Virus record (IMG/VR): IMGVR_UViG_3300025133_000019
Direction: 5' to 3' (one strand)
Origin: a virus
Lineage: Duplodnaviria; Heunggongvirae; Uroviricota; Caudoviricetes
DNA length: 64,000 bases
Position 1 is the first letter of the stretch. Each line of letters starts with the position of its first letter. The position numbers and the translations under genes are program-made. Positions 28,177 through 38,372 of the stretch are shown in pieces. The notes under the pieces are model-generated. The model did no database searches and was not told where the DNA came from. It saw nothing but the letters and a program-made list of their open reading frames with translations.

Positions 28177-29574
28177 ATGACTTTTTCATTCAGATCGTCT
28201 ATACACATATACAAAAAAGATACTAATTTCTCTCTTTCTTTTCTAAGAAGTTTAATAAATACTTTGGAATCAGAAGTCAGTGTTTTTGTATATTCTGAAA
28301 TAGAGCTTCCTAGTGACATAAAGTATACTTTACTAGAGAATCCCTTGGAGGAATCCTTTTATTTACCTATAGATATAAGGTTCTTTTTCTCAAGAATTCC
28401 ACAAAAAAAGCTAAATTCTCTCAGTTCAGATAGTATCTTGTTTGAGGAGGACTCCCAAGAATTTTTGACAAAAGTTTTGAAGAGGGTCCAGAATATCAAA
28501 TGGGACCGGGGACGGCTTTTAAGATCATTAGACCTAGATAAAAGTTTGTCAATATCATTCTTAGCCGAGAAATTATCAACGGGCTTCCATTCCTTAATAA
28601 CCGATACAATCAGAAAAGGGTTCCATTCTAGAGCTTGTATACTAGATAATGTTGATTACCAGTTTAAAGGCAGTCTAGAGAACCTAAAGTATTGTGATGC
28701 AGTGGTTTTTTACAATTTTATAGACGTTTCCATATTTGATCTAGGAAAGCCTGTAGTACTTTGCATAGATGATTTAAGAGTGATGAAAAATATGGACAGA
28801 AATGAGCGTTTCTATCTACTCAAAACCAAGTTAATACAAAAAATATACACGGATAGCACAGAGATAAAAGATTTTTTCAGTGAGTTTGGTTTAGACTGTG
28901 AGCTGCTTACTAACACAAGTTTAAGTCTTACAGGCTTTTCTAAATGTTTGGCTAGCTTATATACGAAGTTTAATCCTGCTGTAGTAGAAAACCTAAAGAT
29001 TGACCACAAGTTTCTGGGGGAGGGCGACACGGAGCTAGTCATTCCCAGTGATTTGTCCAAGTCTTATGCCGGAGTTCTAGAAAGCTATGATACTAGTTAT
29101 GGAAGTCAGGAAGAAAGCTGGAAATATAGTCATCTTGCAGAGTCCTTGAGACTACTTGGAAAAAGAGAAGCCCTTTATATAGGAGAAAATGCTCTATTTG
29201 TAGAGGATCTTAGGGCCAAAGGATACGACGTTTTGTTTGTGTTTGCTTCAGAGAACCTGGAGAGTCCTGACTTAGAGGAAGTATTAGAGATAGAATCTCT
29301 TCCGGAATTAACTAGAGAATCTCATAGGTATGTGATTTGTGATAGCATATTTGATGATGATGATTACCTTAGTTGTTGCAGTTTTTTATGGCTACTTAGG
29401 GATATGGGATTTGGCTTTACAAGCATTTCTTTTTTGAGAAAGAATAATTTATTTTTACAGTCTAATATATGTTCACAGTATTTACAAAATTTAGGGTGGA
29501 AAATCAATTGTAACGGATTCCAATCAGAGGTCCCGGATGATAAACTATCTATTATTAATTTAATTCCAGCTTAA
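28177..29574 (+). CDS. Hypothetical protein with degenerate glycosyltransferase- and methyltransferase-like segments
   Basis: GKPVVLCIDD...KIYTDSTEIKDFF (GT-B N-domain-like); ALYIGENALFVEDLRAKGYDV (class I SAM-MTase-like, degenerate). Confidence 0.4.
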   Translation: MTFSFRSSIHIYKKDTNFSLSFLRSLINTLESEVSVFVYSEIELPSDIKYTLLENPLEESFYLPIDIRFFFSRIPQKKLNSLSSDSILFEEDSQEFLTKVLKRVQNIKWDRGRLLRSLDLDKSLSISFLAEKLSTGFHSLITDTIRKGFHSRACILDNVDYQFKGSLENLKYCDAVVFYNFIDVSIFDLGKPVVLCIDDLRVMKNMDRNERFYLLKTKLIQKIYTDSTEIKDFFSEFGLDCELLTNTSLSLTGFSKCLASLYTKFNPAVVENLKIDHKFLGEGDTELVIPSDLSKSYAGVLESYDTSYGSQEESWKYSHLAESLRLLGKREALYIGENALFVEDLRAKGYDVLFVFASENLESPDLEEVLEIESLPELTRESHRYVICDSIFDDDDYLSCCSFLWLLRDMGFGFTSISFLRKNNLFLQSNICSQYLQNLGWKINCNGFQSEVPDDKLSIINLIPA

Positions 29575-29588
29575 TATAAAGGGGAATC

Positions 29589-30017
29589 ATGTCCACAAGA
29601 AAATCCACTAGGTCTATTTATAAGAAGGTTTCCGTTAACAGGGCTCATTCGGTTCTGCCCTATGCTGATACTGGGGATTCTACTATATTTACCATACGTA
29701 CAGAAGACACCTATATTTTGTATGGTATTAGCTTCAAACTAACCACTTCCTCAGGGTCGTTTACTGATCCTAAATTCTATATAGGAAGTCAATCAGACAT
29801 AGTAAACGCCTCCGGGTATAAAGTTTTTCCTTTTGATACGCATGAGAATATAGTTTTTAAGGACCTAGGTGACGACACCTCTTTATATGATTCACAGTTT
29901 ATTCATCCCATCACTATTCCTAGGGGATTTTATATTTCTTTAGTTTTTAATGAGAGCGGGGTCACAAGTAACCCGGTTGTGGCTTTTGATCTTAATTATG
30001 TGGTAGAGCAGACTTAA
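29589..30017 (+). CDS. Small beta-rich putative virion protein
   Basis: Similar to 25780..26181. Confidence 0.55.
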   Translation: MSTRKSTRSIYKKVSVNRAHSVLPYADTGDSTIFTIRTEDTYILYGISFKLTTSSGSFTDPKFYIGSQSDIVNASGYKVFPFDTHENIVFKDLGDDTSLYDSQFIHPITIPRGFYISLVFNESGVTSNPVVAFDLNYVVEQT

Positions 30018-30019
30018 TT

Positions 30020-30358
30020 ATGACAACTTTAGTTCAGATAAACACTACCCATACTGTCAGAGCCGTTTTTGAAGACGGTTTTGGAGGCCCTGGAAGTATC
30101 ACCAGTCCTAGCACAGAAGTTGTTAGCTTAGACGGAGCTACCAGAACAGTCATAAACGCAACAGTAACCCTTACTGAAAATAATACCGGAGAATACTCTC
30201 TTTCATTGTCAGTTTCCGATACCTTGTTTTCTATTAACAAAGATTACTTTATAGTGCTATCCGGAATTGAAGCGGGGCAAGGCTCAGTTAACGAGCTTAT
30301 TTCATTTCAGTTTAGACCAGTAGATGTACCTATCACTTACTCCGTAGATTTTTCGTAA
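30020..30358 (+). CDS. Single Ig-like domain virion protein
   Basis: TGEYSLSL...DYFIVL motif; TAATG overlap with the next gene. Confidence 0.55.
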   Translation: MTTLVQINTTHTVRAVFEDGFGGPGSITSPSTEVVSLDGATRTVINATVTLTENNTGEYSLSLSVSDTLFSINKDYFIVLSGIEAGQGSVNELISFQFRPVDVPITYSVDFS

Positions 30359-30690
30359 TGAAAACTCTATTTGATGTTAGTGATTTGAGTATTTCAACTG
30401 GCCCAGAAGACCTAGATATTACCATAAAAGATATAAATGGAACTCCTATTGCTGTAGACCAGATTTCGGCATCTCTATATAAAAAAGGAGATGTAGGAAT
30501 GTTCAACTACAGTAATCTCATTTACGCCGATTTAGAGCCGGAGAGTGATAGTACAGGTCATTACTACGTAGAAATTATAGTAGGAACTGATTTTATTTTT
30601 ACCGGCGAATACAAGCTAACGTGGTCGGTAAAACGGGATTCCGAACATAACCTTACCGCTTATTCCTCTTTTTTTACTGTTGTGGCTTAA
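30358..30690 (+). CDS. Single Ig-like domain virion protein
   Basis: STGHYYV...GEYKLTW. Confidence 0.55.
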   Translation: MKTLFDVSDLSISTGPEDLDITIKDINGTPIAVDQISASLYKKGDVGMFNYSNLIYADLEPESDSTGHYYVEIIVGTDFIFTGEYKLTWSVKRDSEHNLTAYSSFFTVVA

Positions 30691-30749
30691 TAGCTTGTAA
30701 TAGTTTATTTTTCGCTCTCTATGAAGCTTAGACTTTGTGAGGTTTTAAT

Positions 30750-31640
30750 ATGGCTAGAGCGTTTTATAGAGGGCAAACCCTAACAGAAAAAGATTTAAAA
30801 GTTACTTTTCGTGACGAAATAGGAGCGTTGTTTGATCCGTTTAGTGTTACTTACGGAATTGTGGATATAACACAAGGATTTGACATACTTGTTGACAATA
30901 ATAACGCAAGAGTCCCAGATAGGATTTCAACTGGTCTTTGGTACGCTCCGTATTCGATTTATCCGGACGCTTCCATTGGAGAGTATAAAATAATTTGGAC
31001 TATACAAGAAATAGATGGTGGTGCTACAAAAACTTTTGATGATAAATTTCATGTAGTAGCAGATAGTACTAAGACTAAATCTCAGTATCCTGATCAAGTT
31101 GCTTCCATGATAGAGAAACTGAGGATAAGACTAGGTGATAATGATCCTGATAGAAATTACAGGTTTGCTCCGCCAAGATCTGCTCAAGAGGTTAATAACT
31201 TTACCACTAATCATGGTTATATATGGCAAGACTACGAACTATTATCAGCCTTACAGGACAGTACAGATGATGTTAATTGGTATCTTAGGGGCACAAACTA
31301 CACGATAGGGTCAATCCCCTCCCCACTGAGGTCCATTGTTCTTAATGGAGCAGTGGTATTTGCTCTTCAGCATATTACCATGATTTGGATTCAAGATGAA
31401 TTTGGTTACTCTTTGAATGGTATTTCTTTGGATTTAAGTAAATCTGAGAAATATAGATCCATGTTAGATTCCTCTATAGAATGGTTCAGAAATGAACTGG
31501 AAAACCTACAAACTAATAGGTCTCATCAAATAGCGGGACTAAGGCAAGCTAGGTTTAGTGTTGGATATGGCTATGGTAAGGGTCAGTACACTTTTAAAGG
31601 AGCTGGAGCTGGGTCCTGGCGACGTAGAAACAGAGCGTAA
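30750..31640 (+). CDS. Head-tail adaptor/neck protein with N-terminal Ig-like domain
   Basis: KLRIRLGD helical domain, YSLNGISLDL motif typical of head completion proteins; position. Confidence 0.6.
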   Translation: MARAFYRGQTLTEKDLKVTFRDEIGALFDPFSVTYGIVDITQGFDILVDNNNARVPDRISTGLWYAPYSIYPDASIGEYKIIWTIQEIDGGATKTFDDKFHVVADSTKTKSQYPDQVASMIEKLRIRLGDNDPDRNYRFAPPRSAQEVNNFTTNHGYIWQDYELLSALQDSTDDVNWYLRGTNYTIGSIPSPLRSIVLNGAVVFALQHITMIWIQDEFGYSLNGISLDLSKSEKYRSMLDSSIEWFRNELENLQTNRSHQIAGLRQARFSVGYGYGKGQYTFKGAGAGSWRRRNRA

Positions 31641-32959
31641 TGGCAGATGAGATTGCACCTAATAGTATTACTGGAGCTGTTGATAATAACAGCTTAGATA
31701 ATACAGATCCCCTTAATATTAAGGGGCTTCCTAGATATAATTACCCTTTTCCGGTATCCCCTAGAAACTTTAGGGTTTATTTTGCCTATGACACAGGAAG
31801 TTTTGATCTTTATTGGGATAGCCCGTTAATTGATCCGAAGAATTCCGTTCACGCTGTTCAAGGAGTTAATATATATAGAAGTATTGATTCGTCTGAAGGC
31901 CCTTGGACATTAGTAAATCAGAGTCCCATACAAGTTAACTTTTTTAGGGATGAATCGAGGAATACGATAGTCACTGATGAAATAGTTACTTCTGGCAGAT
32001 TAAGTTTAGCTGAGAATAAGGCATTTGCTAGAACAGAGAACAAGCCTCTAGTCGTTAGTAAAACTGATCAAACTTACGTGTTTAATTCTAGTGATATAAC
32101 AGCTAAGATTGACGGTAAAACAGTCGAAGTAAAGAATATAGAACCTCAAACTGGAGAAATAGAGTTTCACGTAGATCCAGTGTGGGACCCAGTGTTCGAA
32201 AGGTTTATCAATTTTCCGGTTCCCACAGATCAAACAGAAATAAAGTTGACCTATACGTATAATGCCCTGTTTTTGCAAGAATACAATAATATAGACCAAA
32301 GAATTTTTTATAAGATAACTAGTGTTACCAGTGAAAAAGAGACTCCTCTTGATAACGCTCCGTTAGGATCGTACCAAGACCTGGACTCTATGTTTTATAT
32401 TTGGAAAAACGCTATTTCTAAGCAGAAGTTTATGCTGGATCAGGGTGGAGAGGAAGTTAATTTCTTTATCCAAAAAAGTGCGGGAGACAGGTGTGATAAT
32501 CACGATATAGTTGATCGTAATTTATATGATGACACAGTATATAGATCTTGCCCTGTTTGCTATGGAACAGGATTTATAGGAGGATATTTAGGCCCATTCA
32601 AGTCTAGAATGGCCCCTTTCGATGCTAGTTCTACTTATAATCGAACAAACAAAGGATCTAAAAGGACCAAGACACAATCCACCTGGATTATAAATAGTCC
32701 AGTTCTTAGACAAGGTGACGTTCTACTCCGACAAAACGGAGAGAGATATATTATAGGACCTGTCCAGCGTAAGGAGCCTAATGGGGTTCTGGTGCAACAG
32801 AATTTTGATGTCCATATACTTCAGCCCACGGATATTTTATATAAGGTAACTGTTCCTGGAGTTCCTAGTATTTACCCTAAACCAGATAAGCCTAATATTC
32901 CTGATTATAAAGAGAGTAAAGGTAAGTCTCCGACTTTTGGAAATTGGGAACGCTCGTAA
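31640..32959 (+). CDS. Neck/head-closure protein
   Basis: GEEVNFF...RC...CPVCYGTGFIGGY, PVLRQGDVLL...RYII; N-terminal fn3-like region. Confidence 0.6.
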   Translation: MADEIAPNSITGAVDNNSLDNTDPLNIKGLPRYNYPFPVSPRNFRVYFAYDTGSFDLYWDSPLIDPKNSVHAVQGVNIYRSIDSSEGPWTLVNQSPIQVNFFRDESRNTIVTDEIVTSGRLSLAENKAFARTENKPLVVSKTDQTYVFNSSDITAKIDGKTVEVKNIEPQTGEIEFHVDPVWDPVFERFINFPVPTDQTEIKLTYTYNALFLQEYNNIDQRIFYKITSVTSEKETPLDNAPLGSYQDLDSMFYIWKNAISKQKFMLDQGGEEVNFFIQKSAGDRCDNHDIVDRNLYDDTVYRSCPVCYGTGFIGGYLGPFKSRMAPFDASSTYNRTNKGSKRTKTQSTWIINSPVLRQGDVLLRQNGERYIIGPVQRKEPNGVLVQQNFDVHILQPTDILYKVTVPGVPSIYPKPDKPNIPDYKESKGKSPTFGNWERS

Positions 32960-34059
32960 TGGATGTAATACCAGGAATAAAAGCTTTAAAGCAAGAGATT
33001 AAGGATAGACTTAGGGACGTTCTTGATAAAGCTCCTTATGTTACCAGAGAAGGCGTTAGAGTCCGTACCTTACAAGATATTGACGTTATTGACGAGTATA
33101 CTACTAAGAATATAAGTAATAACACAATTTATATCTCAGTCAAAGGCTTTACGGATAATCCTGTTGGTATAGATAGTTATGGCGGAGTAAGACACTCCAA
33201 CTATCTTTTAGCCAAGAAAGCTGGAGCTGATTTTAACGGAACTAGTGTTCAGTGGATTCACGAAGATCCTCGTACTTATGATTTAGAGGCTAGTAAAGGG
33301 TATTATTTTATAAGCATAGCTACCCAGGATAACTCGGGAAATGGAAATTATCAATACATGAAAGTAATTGATAAAACCTCTGTGCTAACCACTAGTTATA
33401 CTGAGAACAATGATAATACTATAGAACTTCCTGAAGAGCCTATTGACCCTTCTACAGTAAAACTGTGGTTCGGTAGTTACCTTCTTATCAGAAAAGAGCA
33501 TTTCGAAGTCAGTGGAACTACCGTGAGCTTTAAAAGGTCCTTTCCTAGCGATATGACAGTCAAAGCTGCTTGGAAAGTTCAAGAAGGCGAAATAGTTACT
33601 AAGTCTTATGAGTCTGGTAGAACTTCCGAGTTAGTACCTGGAATCACCTTGTATTTTAACGAAGAGGTTGTTCTAGGGGACGAGCAGGTTTTAATCTTAT
33701 TACCAGAAACTAGGCCAGCTTTTCATGTATTTACTTCGAGAGGAAGATTTGATGTCAATTTAATTTTTTCCATGCCGGACAAGAAGAAAGAAACAGATCT
33801 TTTCGATTTCATGTTACCTAGGCTAAAAACTGAGATAGCTTCTATGTTTAATCGTAATAATTGGAGCATGAATGATATTAACTGGTCGGACAATGATTTA
33901 GAAGAATGGACCGACGACGGGTATCTAAAAACCGCCAATTCAACCTTATCTTTTACTATAGACTTAGAGTGGGCTAGGTTTGTTCCTATGTCTAGAGAAT
34001 ACCACGGGTTTATTTTTGTAGGAAGCATCCAGGAAGTACTTGGATTTTATAAAGGGTAA
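32959..34059 (+). CDS. Putative tail completion/terminator protein
   Basis: TAATG overlap suggests ATG 32959; lies between neck and sheath. Confidence 0.45.
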   Translation: MDVIPGIKALKQEIKDRLRDVLDKAPYVTREGVRVRTLQDIDVIDEYTTKNISNNTIYISVKGFTDNPVGIDSYGGVRHSNYLLAKKAGADFNGTSVQWIHEDPRTYDLEASKGYYFISIATQDNSGNGNYQYMKVIDKTSVLTTSYTENNDNTIELPEEPIDPSTVKLWFGSYLLIRKEHFEVSGTTVSFKRSFPSDMTVKAAWKVQEGEIVTKSYESGRTSELVPGITLYFNEEVVLGDEQVLILLPETRPAFHVFTSRGRFDVNLIFSMPDKKKETDLFDFMLPRLKTEIASMFNRNNWSMNDINWSDNDLEEWTDDGYLKTANSTLSFTIDLEWARFVPMSREYHGFIFVGSIQEVLGFYKG

Positions 34060-34061
34060 TT

Positions 34062-34388
34062 ATGCCACTATATGATTTTGTATGCGAAAACGGGCACACC
34101 ACTGAGCATTTGTGTAAAGATTCTGGTGTTGAAATGATGTGTCCTGTTTGTAATAAGTCTTCGACCAGGAAACAAGTAAATAGAATTAGCACTGTATTTT
34201 CTGACTTCAATTCGGTTAAAAATAGCATTGATGTTAAAGTTGGGCGAGATTCTAATAAAAGGTGGGAGCATTACTATACAAAGTTTAAGAAGAAAGAGGA
34301 TTTAAAACTCAAGAACCCTGGAGTGAGTAACGATCAGATAGTGGCTACTCAAAACGGGGATTACACGATTGTTGACAATAACAAATAA
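34062..34388 (+). CDS. FmdB-family zinc-ribbon protein (second copy)
   Basis: MPLYDFVCENGHTTEHLC...CPVCN. Confidence 0.8.
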   Translation: MPLYDFVCENGHTTEHLCKDSGVEMMCPVCNKSSTRKQVNRISTVFSDFNSVKNSIDVKVGRDSNKRWEHYYTKFKKKEDLKLKNPGVSNDQIVATQNGDYTIVDNNK

Positions 34389-34476
34389 TTTATATTGAGT
34401 AATGGTTAATTTTTTATTTATTTTGTATTTCTTTAAAAGGAAATCATTATTATCAAGATTTTAAGAAGGTATTACT

Positions 34477-37400
34477 ATGGCAGATAGAATTTCATTTTTG
34501 GATTACCAACCTCCTGGTGTTTATACGCAGACAATTTTGTCTAGCGAGAGTATAAATTTGTCAGCAGGGTTTAGGATTCCTACGTTTATAGGAACGGCTG
34601 ATGTTCTTATTGAGAACACCGATGTTCCGGTTGTTCGTGGTAGTTCTAAGAATTTTCCTGTTTTTGTTGAACGAGAAGATGTGTCTTCTCAGGCTAACGG
34701 ATCAACCTCTATATTTAAAACAAAATTCGGACCAATTGTAGATCCATTAACATTTTTGGCGACGGAGAATATTGAAAATGTCGTTATATCAGTTAATGAT
34801 AAGAGCACTAATCCTCTGTTAATTGAGCCAGAAAATGTGGATGGAGTAGGAGAAGTTCATCTCACTTTTACCCCTGATACCGGAGACGAAATTTACATCT
34901 CGTATTACTACATTATAGAGGATGTTGCAGTAATTGATGAAGATCTTTCATACCAAATTGAAAATGGATCTCAAAAGACATTCTATACTAAGCACAAGAA
35001 AGTGGTAGACTCTGAGGGAGATGTTACTAATGATGTGACTGATATAGCAGTAAAAGTTAATGGAGCTAGCTCTATAGTTAGTACATTAAATGGTACTACA
35101 GGACAGTTTGTTTTACAGACCGCTCCTGGATTATCAGCAGTCTTGACCATATCTTATACATACAGTAATCATATAGACAAAAATGATCCTCTCCCAAATA
35201 AATACATTCACAGTATTTCCAGAGTTGGTAATGTTTCAGGAAGAAAAGATTATGTTAATGGTGTAGACTATAACTTCTCTTTTGAGAGAAGTATAAATGA
35301 TACTACATTCCATGAAATTTCCTGGGGAAACTCATTTGCACTGACTTCTATGCAAAAAGAAGATCAAGATTTTCAGTATGACTGGATTCCTGGTGACCAT
35401 TTGACTATAGATGTTCACGATAAGCTTATTTTTGCTGAGGTTGCTATTCCTGTTGATACCACTGAAGCTACCACTGCCGTATTTAAAGTCAAGAATCCTA
35501 TTATGGACGGAACGGGAAAAGGGTCTTTTTTAAACGATCCTGAAGTCGATCCCGGAGTGTTTGATTTCTATGTTGGAAGTGACGTTGATACGGCTATAAC
35601 CGCAGAAGATAAGAAGTGGACTACCGATTCCGATGCTTTACGGGTAGTAAGAGTTGAGGGAGACAAGGGCTACATTCATTTAAACAAGGCTGTAGATCCG
35701 TCTTTAGACAATCTCTACATAATTTACAGAGCTAGTTTTACTACCTCAGATCAGTTTACTTTGTCCAAGACTCTGGCTGCTTCTGGCGGTAATTTAGGTC
35801 AGTATACCATGTTTAGTCCCAGCACAGGGTATGTATCCTCGGTTTCTGAGGGAACTCATACTGTTGCGGACGGTTCCTTTACGTCGGTCCTTGGAACTTC
35901 TGGAATGTACGCACCAAATTCTTGGTTAGCTACGTTACAAGGTCAAGGCAAAACTAGTACAGCGTCTTTCCCGTCATATGCTGATATAATTGCCCCTCTT
36001 AATATGTCTCAAGACGAAGTAGTGACTGTGACAGTTATAGAGAAGCCAGCAGCGTCAGGGAAACTTAGATACACAGTTACTTCTGATGGCCTAATAGGAT
36101 CTGATGTTAGTGTTAATACTTATTATGCAGATACATTTAGGGCCGGTACTTTAAGTAATGAGGGGTTCTTTGGGGAGGCGTTTGTAGATCCCGCTTCCGG
36201 CTTATACTTAAACTTATCCAATCCAGGAGACATTTTAGTCAAAGACGACATACTCAAGTTTAATGTGACTAAAACAGGGGTTTTTGAGTTGCAGGACGCA
36301 GGAGCCGGAACTCCTGTTTATAACATGATGATCCCAGGAATTTCTATCCTAACTGATGAAGAGAACTCGGAATTGACAGTGGGAGACGAGGTAATTCTTA
36401 ATACTTATGATAATGCAGGTGCGGAGCCTAATGTTGGTGACACTTACTATGTTTCCTATAAATATTTTAGAACTGATTTTAAACACAGGCTGTACTTGAG
36501 ATTCAGCGAGGTTGTAAGAGATTTCGGAATCCCTAATATGAGTAACCCATTGTCAATGGCTGCTAAACTAGCTTTTGAAAACGGAGCACCTGTGGTGGGA
36601 GTTAAACCTCTCCCAAGATATCTTGATAGCACATTCCAGGATTTCTTGAAAACAGAGGATTTTATCTTGAATCCTGATAGTGCTACTGCTATTCAGCTTT
36701 TTAAAGATGCTTTCGATGATATAGAGGCACCTTTTGATTCTAATTCCGAGTCAAAGCCGTATGTTGTTGTCCCTTTGTCTGACGACTCTCAGGTATGGTC
36801 TTATGGTAAAGCTCACGTAGAAAAAATGAGTAGTACTGAACGTAGAATGAACCGTTACATGATAACAGGTTTTAATACAAATAAGAAAGATTCTTTGGTT
36901 ATTGAAAGAGCTAGAAATCTCAAGAGTAACAGGATGATGATTACTTATCCTGTAAGCGCTGTTATGGATCTAGAGACTAGCGTAGGAGAGTTTACTTCAG
37001 CGGTAGTTCCTGGTTGGTTCTATGGTGCAGCTATTGCAGGTCTTATAGCTAATCCTGGGACATCTCCAAGTGAGCCATTGTTAAATAAAAATTTACAAGG
37101 ATTTAAAGAAACAGGTATTTTTAAGAATCCTTTGGAATATAACCAAATAGCTAAGGAAGGGGTTACTATTTTAACTACTAAGAACCCTGTTATTAATGTT
37201 AGAGATGCTTTGAATACAGACATGACTTCTGTAGCTACTAAAGAACCTAATGTAACTTTTATTGCTGACTTTGTAGAGGGTCAAACAGAAATAGTTATGA
37301 ATAGGTTTGTAGGGCGACCTTTTATTAATACTATTCTTGGTGAAGTAGAGACAGTGTTTTCTGCTTTTCTACAGGAATTACAGAGGGCTGGTATAATATT

Positions 37401-37527
37401 TGACTATAAGAATATTGAAGTCAGAGAGAATGAGAATGACCGAACAATAGTTGAAATATCGGCTGGGTACAGACCTGTTTTAGGAGTTAAGTACGTATTC
37501 GTGACATACAGAATTCAAGGGTCTTAA
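34477..37527 (+). CDS. Tail sheath protein with large insertions
   Basis: YQPPGVYT N-terminus, AKLAFENGA, YGAAIAG, GVTIL, C-terminal YRPVLGVKYVFV; 1016 aa. Confidence 0.92.
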   Translation: MADRISFLDYQPPGVYTQTILSSESINLSAGFRIPTFIGTADVLIENTDVPVVRGSSKNFPVFVEREDVSSQANGSTSIFKTKFGPIVDPLTFLATENIENVVISVNDKSTNPLLIEPENVDGVGEVHLTFTPDTGDEIYISYYYIIEDVAVIDEDLSYQIENGSQKTFYTKHKKVVDSEGDVTNDVTDIAVKVNGASSIVSTLNGTTGQFVLQTAPGLSAVLTISYTYSNHIDKNDPLPNKYIHSISRVGNVSGRKDYVNGVDYNFSFERSINDTTFHEISWGNSFALTSMQKEDQDFQYDWIPGDHLTIDVHDKLIFAEVAIPVDTTEATTAVFKVKNPIMDGTGKGSFLNDPEVDPGVFDFYVGSDVDTAITAEDKKWTTDSDALRVVRVEGDKGYIHLNKAVDPSLDNLYIIYRASFTTSDQFTLSKTLAASGGNLGQYTMFSPSTGYVSSVSEGTHTVADGSFTSVLGTSGMYAPNSWLATLQGQGKTSTASFPSYADIIAPLNMSQDEVVTVTVIEKPAASGKLRYTVTSDGLIGSDVSVNTYYADTFRAGTLSNEGFFGEAFVDPASGLYLNLSNPGDILVKDDILKFNVTKTGVFELQDAGAGTPVYNMMIPGISILTDEENSELTVGDEVILNTYDNAGAEPNVGDTYYVSYKYFRTDFKHRLYLRFSEVVRDFGIPNMSNPLSMAAKLAFENGAPVVGVKPLPRYLDSTFQDFLKTEDFILNPDSATAIQLFKDAFDDIEAPFDSNSESKPYVVVPLSDDSQVWSYGKAHVEKMSSTERRMNRYMITGFNTNKKDSLVIERARNLKSNRMMITYPVSAVMDLETSVGEFTSAVVPGWFYGAAIAGLIANPGTSPSEPLLNKNLQGFKETGIFKNPLEYNQIAKEGVTILTTKNPVINVRDALNTDMTSVATKEPNVTFIADFVEGQTEIVMNRFVGRPFINTILGEVETVFSAFLQELQRAGIIFDYKNIEVRENENDRTIVEISAGYRPVLGVKYVFVTYRIQGS

Positions 37528-37543
37528 TCTAGGAGAATAAGAG

Positions 37544-38272
37544 ATGCAAACTGATAATTATATTTACAAACAAACTTTTGCCCCAGAAGGTACGCATACC
37601 ATTATTGCTGCAAAGCATAGGGTATTTGCTCCTCAAGTTGGGATGAGTGGATTGACTCTTATTGGAAATCTTAGCCAGTTTAATCTGAACGAGTCCAGAA
37701 CAGTAGAGCCTGTACGAGGTATTGGTAAGGGTATGCAGATTGCAGAGCTAGTTCCTGGGGTAGTTGAGCCAATGGCTATAAGTTGTCAGTTTTTCGCTCT
37801 TTATCTAGCTAATACAATGCAAATTTTTGGTTATAATTCTGGAGTGGACGGATTTGTTAGGTCCTTGAAAGAGCACCAATGGCCTTTTGACATCAAATCA
37901 GAGGTTGTAATGAGCCGTTTAACCAAGGATAGCCCTGCTGCTAGCGGGAATACTGGAGCATTAGGAACTGGTACTCAGAGAGCTACTACAGATGGAAACT
38001 ATCTCAATTTAGCTGGATATGATGAGAGAGCTATAGTTACTATTTATGAAGCTTGCTGGATGGAATCTAATACTATGGAGACTGATCAGGGCAATGCTAT
38101 TGTGACTTCTGGAGTAGAGATCAAATCTACTGATGTGATAGATGGTAGGTATGCGGGTCAATTAGGAGCCAGCACTGGTAATGAGCCTAACAGTAAAGGT
38201 GGGGGTTCTAATAGAACTAGTGTAGGTTATAACTTACTAGGAATAGCTGGACAGCTTACGGGATTATTCTAA
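37544..38272 (+). CDS. Tail tube protein
   Basis: Follows sheath, strong SD, VRGIG...ELVPG, PFDI, TIYEACW; followed by a terminator. Confidence 0.8.
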   Translation: MQTDNYIYKQTFAPEGTHTIIAAKHRVFAPQVGMSGLTLIGNLSQFNLNESRTVEPVRGIGKGMQIAELVPGVVEPMAISCQFFALYLANTMQIFGYNSGVDGFVRSLKEHQWPFDIKSEVVMSRLTKDSPAASGNTGALGTGTQRATTDGNYLNLAGYDERAIVTIYEACWMESNTMETDQGNAIVTSGVEIKSTDVIDGRYAGQLGASTGNEPNSKGGGSNRTSVGYNLLGIAGQLTGLF

Positions 38273-38283
38273 GAAACCATTTT

Positions 38284-38314
38284 AAAAAGGGTCGGAGTTT
38301 TCCGACCCTTTTTT
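38284..38314 (+). terminator. Intrinsic (bidirectional-type) terminator after tail tube
   Basis: AAAAAGGGTCGGA-gttt-TCCGACCCTTTTTT. Confidence 0.92.
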
Positions 38315-38372
38315 ATTTTCTTTTATTTATTTGTATTTCATGAAACTACATTAAATTAAGGGAAACTACAAA

